Assembly: GCF_964355755.1 (NCBI RefSeq)
Contig: NC_092670.1
Span: 12,572,795 to 12,636,794, forward strand
DNA length: 64,000 nt
Source: Antedon mediterranea
Taxonomy: Eukaryota; Animalia; Echinodermata
Direction: 5' to 3'
Part shown: positions 57,206-64,000 of the stretch, piece after piece
How positions within the stretch are numbered: the first letter of the stretch is position 1
Layout of the letters: each line of letters opens with the position of its first letter
Notes under the pieces: generated by a model
What the model was told of the DNA's origin: nothing
Database searches by the model: none
Seen by the model: the letters and a program-made list of their open reading frames with translations, nothing else
Position numbers and translations under genes: made by a program

Positions 57206-60200
57206 GCTTTCGTTTATGTAATAATTATTTCAATTAAGATGCTATCTCTTAAAAAAAACTAGATGTGTTTTCCTAAAGAAGACTGTTGTTATTTGTACAT
57301 GCACTTGAATAGTATGAATGTTACTCAGCAGCGTAAGAGGTGGTATCAATCGTCAGCTGCAGATTTCGTTTCGTAACGCGGTCTCTCGGTGTAGGTAGCC
57401 TGGTGGGTGCCTCTCTGACAATACAAAGTGTCTATTACATGCAAGTGTGAGTATGGCAGCCACGTTCGACATGGATCTAGTTTCACAAACCCTGTTAAAG
57501 ATGGGTTGTTAGACAACCGAGTAAAGGTGTTTTGATAACGAAAACACGACACGTTACAATATTGCATTGGTGATGGAAACTGGGACGCATCCATTGGTTC
57601 TCGTTACAACACACAGGACAGCCCTCTCCGTCGAAAAAAACACAAAGTGCATGTGCCATTTGCGAGAGGGGTTATCGAAGCTGTGGTGAAGGGGTAATAG
57701 AAATATCTAAGGGTTAGCCTATTAATAGACTTACGCGTGATCATGTTCATATCTTCTCGCTGATCGAATGCATGATGTTGGCATACCAGATGATCTTCGT
57801 CTGATTCTCGCAGATGTTCGATGTAGCGCAAAAACACTGTTGTGTTTTTAATAATAAAACCTTCATTTCATCCAACGCTTGGAATATAAATTCCTATTAT
57901 GTGACTTAATCATGCCTGATTATTTTTATTTTCTTGTAATTGTGAGTTTTATGAGGAGAATTTGCAAGGGCTGCACGTGGGTCGGCATAAAAATGGTAAC
58001 CTAAAAGGGAATAACAAAACTGAATAATATAATTCTCGAAATAGTCGTCTATATCAATAATATACGAGAGATAATTCGTGTTCGTGAAACATAAACTTTG
58101 TTGCCATGGTGTGGATAAAGCGTCGAGAAACAAATGTGACGGTGATTCCTGCGGTAGGGACAGACACGAAAACAAATGACGGTGCTCGGAAATAATAACA
58201 TGATGGGGAGACAACCCACAGGACATGCCACCCATTTCAATACAGTGCAAATGTTCGAACCAGGTTAAAGTTAAAAAAAAAAATTCTTTCTTATTTCGAA
58301 GGTCTGAATCCATAATTCTGGATCCATGATTTTTTTTTAACACGACACTTTTGAAAAACGTAGCTGTTAATGTATAATATGTACATAACAGCATTATGCC
58401 TACAAAGGAACATCAGATAAGCACAAACTGATAATGATGACCCTATCGTCAATTTAAACATTCTACTCATCGAAATCTTGTCAAAAAGCACCGATTTTGT
58501 TTCCCATTTTGTGTTGTTTTGTTGCGTGTGGAAGCACATTTTTGATATCGAAAATTTGTCTTTGTTGCGACGCAACTTTGAAATATTTCCAATATGCCAC
58601 ATTTAATTAGCGCAACTTTCTACGACTGTGTCCGTTTAAACTACATTAGAAGGCACAGCGTGACGCATGCGCTGACATAGTTATGACGTCAGGCATAGGG
58701 TATCAATTTTAGTGCATTCATTTAAAGATAAGTTTAGTGAGATTGTAGGACAGCATTAACCTTGTTTTATGTAATGTAGAGATGTGTTACTTATGGCGTG
58801 ACGTAACGACTATGTTGTTGTTATGGTATAGGTATTGATGAGGATGATGGCGAGATGGGACGATGACGAGATGATGGTAGTGGTAATTATGTCGTTATTG
58901 TTAATGGTCACGATGATGGCAGAGTATTAAGTTTTAATCACGTCATGCATTGTGGTATAACATGCTGTTGTACACCATTTTGTCACGGGCGTCTGGGCTT
59001 GTAGTGTCTCTTGATGGCCGACACTAGGCCTACACATTTATTAATAACATGCCTAAAACAAATTCGATCTTTTTATAATATCGGCCTATTTTTAAAATAT
59101 AATATAGGCCTACATAATTTACTTCAACGAGATAGCATCACATACTAGATTGATACTTGTAGGCCTAATTTCGTTAATGAGATAAGTGCATTTGAAATTG
59201 AGAAAACGGCAATTAAACCATGCTCTATCGCTACATCTTAAAGAGCAGATAAAGATCTACCGGCTTAGATTAAAACGAAGAGATGATCAAGGATGCGCGC
59301 AGAAATACGATTGGCCAAGATAAGATCGTTAAATTCAAACCGGTCAGCGGCCATGTGTCCAAGCACTGTCGGTAGGTCTATTCACCCGAACAGGTGCCGA
59401 TAACGAGTACGGTACATTATGGACAATATTCATTGAGGAATTATTCTATTTTGATCTAAATTTAAAACCATTTATTCAAATGCGCATAGGAAACGGAATT
59501 AAATTTAAATCGGGTTGTTTTAAAAAAGAACAATTTAAATATTGTATTGAAGAAAACGTTCCAAAAAAAAAAAAAAAGTAGGTTCAAAGAACCAAGTCAA
59601 TTGACGATATACTATAATCCAGTTACTGTGTTCGTGGTTAATTATGGGAAATGAAAAAAAACGATTGCAAAAAGCAATTGAAAATAAATCAATTTTTTAT
59701 TTGTCGTAGAGCGCGACCCAGTGTATCAAAAATAAAGTTATTGCTGTTGATGAATGATGACAATGTTAATAACGTCACAGCTGATGAATCAGATGTAAGC
59801 ACCATGCCCATCGTATCATCTAAATATTACTCTGCTGCACGGCATGAGGCTTATCTGACCCGCGAGACCAATTACTAACAATTCCTAATCCTGCTGCCAC
59901 AAGACGGTGGTGGTGCTCGCGTAGGTCGAGCGACAGTTCGCGTGGCCCATCTCCTCATCAAAGTAAACTCTATCACCAGAATACTCGCTGCATACCACCG
60001 GGGGGCTTATCACTTAGTATCTTCACTCGACAGGTAAACTTATGAACACTCGAATTAAAACTTCCACGTAGAAAATAATGAAAACGGTCCCGTTTTTAAC
60101 CCGAGGGTGAAATAGCTTATAGAGGAGATATCAGCCTGACCTTACAAGAGGTCACATTGTATGAGTTTGTACATCTGCATCAACAAACAAGGGAATCTTT

Positions 60201-61630
60201 CCCGAGTCCATGCACTATACACGCGGATAATTACTGATCGTCTGCCAGATTTATTCAGGCGCGTACCGCATGCGATCACTAATTTACAAAAATCACTTTT
60301 ACATGATCTCCAAAAAGTGCAAGTGTACACGACTTTAGTTTTTTTCTACACAGGACATCTTAATCGAGTCAGATCTCTGTTTGCTCAAGTGCAAATTATA
60401 TTATACATTGTTAACGAAAGATATTATGCCGTGATGTTGTGATGTCAAACCTTCTGATGTGATACCGTACCAAAATGCGCTTTATTAATGTCACCGTTCA
60501 TCAATCATTAAAATGTATTTAGGAAGATTTTATAGGATAATACAAATGTAGATCATTTGACTGCTGAAGTGATTATACGAATATAATATATAAATTAAAG
60601 TACTTAATAGGCCGTATTTCACCCATATTACAACCTTATGGGGTACGGTACCACATGCTTCCTTATCCTTCCAAATGAGTACCTGGGTAGCCTACAGGGA
60701 AGAGGTAGGGGTCGAGGAGGTGCACTTACCTACCAGTACCATATAGTTACTTTATTGCGATTGACGTTCATGGAAGAACAGACAGTGTGATAAAAAACAC
60801 GATACGATATTTGATCAAGCTTGTGTACAGACAAAATCTCGAACGGAGAAAGTTTACAAAATTAGGTCTCACACAGACCTTAAATAAAAACGGTCACTTT
60901 TGAAACCTCACAACAGACATTTCAGTTTTTTCCTAGACGCATGCAATGTTTATTCGATCCGTATCAGACTTTATTCGACCCATATCAGACTGCTAGCCCT
61001 GTTACATGCAGCGAGTAAGGGCGGGGTTATACTGTAAATACCACAGGGGAACAGATGCACTTGTAGCGGGGTATGTTATGACGAATGTTAACAGACGATG
61101 GGCTAGTATCGCTTTGGTCTCGTCACTCACGCCGAGTTTGTTGATAGACACAGTGGATTGAGGGCACCCGCCTTTGTTACAGCCGCCAAAAATTACGAGG
61201 CCAAGTATTTGACAAGAAGATACGTTGTCAAACATTGATATAAAAACAACTTCCACAGTCAGCAATAACAAACACACACTTTTAAAAGGAAAGATGAAGA
61301 CCCTGGATAGCGGTCGGGAACCGAACAGATATCGGCATGGAGGACAAAGACGAAAAGAAATTGTACACAAAAGGCATTCGCATGAATTTGTATTTCGAGA
61401 AGTTCCCCCTTATAAAATGACAAATGTCTGTACAATTTTTGAATGATTTGATTTACATCTGTTATTGCCCAGTTTATAATAAACAACATTCAAAACATTT
61501 GTCACCGTTGTCCCGTACCGACACTGATAAAATGTGAATTACTCGGTATACCGAAAGAAATCGGTAGATATTCGGAACGTTTTTTTTCTCTGGTACTGAT
61601 ATAAATCGGTAAAACGTAAAGAAACTAGTA

Positions 61631-61814
61631 CAGTCAACTCTCCCAATACCGGACTCTCTGAAAACCAGAAACTCTCCCAATACCAGACTTTTTTTGAGGA
61701 CCAAAAGGTCCCAAATTTATATTTACCATTAAAAACACATTCCGAACCAGATTTTCCGGAAAACCAGACTTATTTGGCCGGCCCAAAGGTGTCCGGTATT
61801 GGGAGAGTTGACTG
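61631..61814. mobile_element. Young Tc1/mariner(pogo)-type MITE
   Basis: Perfect 24-bp TIR CAGTCAACTCTCCCAATACCGGAC; TA TSD on both sides. Confidence 0.92.
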
Positions 61815-62744
61815 TAGTAGGTAAATATTTTTAACAATTTCGCTCATTTCATTCAAACCCGTCCTCAGATTTAAAACCGAAAAAAAAAAACATTTTTAAC
61901 GTCCGGTAAACATTTAAACTCATGGATATGTAAAATAATTGTCACTGAAAGAAAAGACCGATATGGTCTAAATCTAAACCGAACAACCAAAACACGTCAC
62001 ATCACTTTGATTCCCAATACGTTCAACGCAAAATCCTATAGACAGAAAAAGCTTAATATAAAATTTAGTGCTGCATGCACCAGACGTGGAGTTAAAAAAG
62101 ATAAAAACGCAAGTTCGCGTCAACTTATTAACAAATACGTCAGAATGTAAACGCGATGCCAAAAAAGACATCAGCAGCAGTGAAGACAGACAACGTAATG
62201 CTGTTGGTGTTCTACTTTCTGACGTCAACACATCAATCATTTCAAGTCAACTTTACAGGATACTGTTATACAAATTAAAGTCCATTAGTATTTCAGGTAT
62301 GCTAAAGGTGTATCGGAATTGCTCGATTCATTAGGCCTACCTGAACGAATTAACTACTGTGACGTCATTGGTCGAGCAGTTCATATGTCAGAGGTAATGC
62401 ATATCCAGGGGCCATTATGATTGACAGTATCATCACGAAGTATTTTTTCAATACGGCATAAGAACAATAATTATCATTCACCATCATCATTATGACTGTC
62501 ATTGTTTTAATATTGCAACACTCTGTTTTTAAAACCGGATTATTCTCAAAACTAAATCAACAAGAAGTAAATATATATTTTTGTCCTGAAACCTTGTATT
62601 GTATTCCTTTTAGCAAGAAATCGATAGCGTAATTATTGCAAGTGAGCTTAGGCCTAAAAAATAGAATCATGCAATTTTACTATTATTTTTTCTATTAAAT
62701 AAAATGTAAAAACAGTAAGCCTAATTTTGTTTTATATTGTATGG

Positions 62745-63085
62745 TAATTTATTTGTACATTTTTATTTGTACATTTTTATTTGTACATTTTTATTTGTAC
62801 ATTCACGATTCTTTATACAGGTTTCTTTGGGTTTTCCTTTCTTAAAATATCATTTTAAAAAATGTATTAAGCCTGTTGGTGTCTTTGTAGAAAAAAAACC
62901 GTGTGCCAACGTGAAGATTCAAAATAACGAATATGATTGTAAATATTTGTATTTGTACATTTACGATTCTCAATAAATCAGGTTCCTTGCTTCAAATATC
63001 ATTTGTTTTTTAAATGCATTAGGTCTATTGATGTCTTTGAGAAAACCGTGTACCACCGTGAAGATTCAAATAAAGATTATTATTG
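62745..63085. repeat. 14-bp repeats plus a diverged ~160-bp tandem duplication
   Basis: (TTTATTTGTACATT)3-4; ATTTGTACATT..ACGATTCT..AAAACCGTG..GTGAAGATTCAAA occurs twice. Confidence 0.7.
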
Positions 63086-63689
63086 TAAAAAAAATCTAAC
63101 TATTTCTAAAGATAAGAACAAAACATGATTCAATGGCCAAACCAAAAAAAATAGATTAAGAAGTTATATCAAAAAGGTCGAAAAAACATCTTTGTTCGCC
63201 TACAGAGGTTATAAAGCCAGGGGCACTTCCATCAAGACATAACATTTGTAAAATCTGTAGATTTTGAGACACACAATATAATATATAGATAGGCTATAGA
63301 TTCCTATTGTTTGTAACGTAAAACTAGACTTCCGGGGGGCTTGGACATTGTTTGAAGTTCAATTTTTGTTGTTGAACTGTAGTAAGACCTGGTGCCAGTT
63401 TGGTATCAGTCAGTTTGCGATGGTTTAAGATATTTAAGGAGGGGTTTGTTACTTGAGCCACACGTAAACGTTGTAATCGACTGTGGACATAACAAACCCG
63501 ATTGGGAAGGGTCTCGCCCTTTGGAAAAAGCAAAGTGTAAAATTAAGCAAACAACACAATTTAATAGGTATTTCATGGTGTCAATCTAATTTAGTCTTTT
63601 CACACATATTTGCCACTTTACCACGCAATACCTGTTTGTGTTTTTTTTTTGATAGCCTGATTTAGTGATCGATAAATGACCTTTCAGCA

Positions 63690-63945
63690 AATTTACAGAA
63701 TGGAAAAAACTATAGGTTTCATTCCATTAGGAACAGAATTCAATCATGGTGGACCTTGTGATTGGGTTGCTAAAGTCCACTACAAAGTTTTATTTTAGCA
63801 CAACACAAATTATCTCGACAATTACAGAATGGAGAAAATATTGTGCTCTTAAAAAGGTTTATTCGAGGAACAGGATTCAATCCTGAAACTCGGGATTAAA
63901 TTGCTAAACTCCACTACAAAATGTTTATTTCAGCACATACAGTAA
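63690..63945. repeat. Diverged tandem duplication (~130-140 bp)
   Basis: TTACAGAATGGA..GGAACAG.ATTCAATC..TTGCTAAA.TCCACTACAAA occurs twice. Confidence 0.7.
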
Positions 63946-64000
63946 AACATGAATTTCAGAATTTATATTGTACTTTTAAACAAAGTTTTATTTCAGGAAC

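Noticed and set aside
59810-59830. Reverse transcriptase YLDD motif on the minus strand
   Set aside because: Directly preceded by a stop, and no other RT motifs in frame

Overview
AT-rich, intron-rich animal genomic DNA, probably a marine invertebrate deuterostome (inferred from a Deu-domain-like SINE and mosaic CpG depletion). Two minus-strand protein genes were assembled by hand with GT-AG sites and consistent phases. (1) The 5' 12 coding exons (494 codons) of the peroxisomal bifunctional enzyme EHHADH (ATG 6214), running off the left edge. (2) A complete 4-exon RBM24/RBM38-family RRM gene (45733->14862, 215 aa) whose third intron is 25.5 kb. The rest is MITEs, SINEs, a nested foldback element and minisatellites. 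Best leads: a putative second promoter and mini first exon inside RBM24 intron 3 (~38.8 kb), where a 15-nt microexon would switch between a stop codon and an RRM-less protein; a promoter-like module followed by a long hairpin and a pseudoknot/hairpin-rich block at 50.5-51.5 kb; a divergent cluster of decayed intronless ORFs with a 147-bp array at 54-62 kb (possible viral/TE relic); and a 44-bp hairpin array that varies almost only in its loops.
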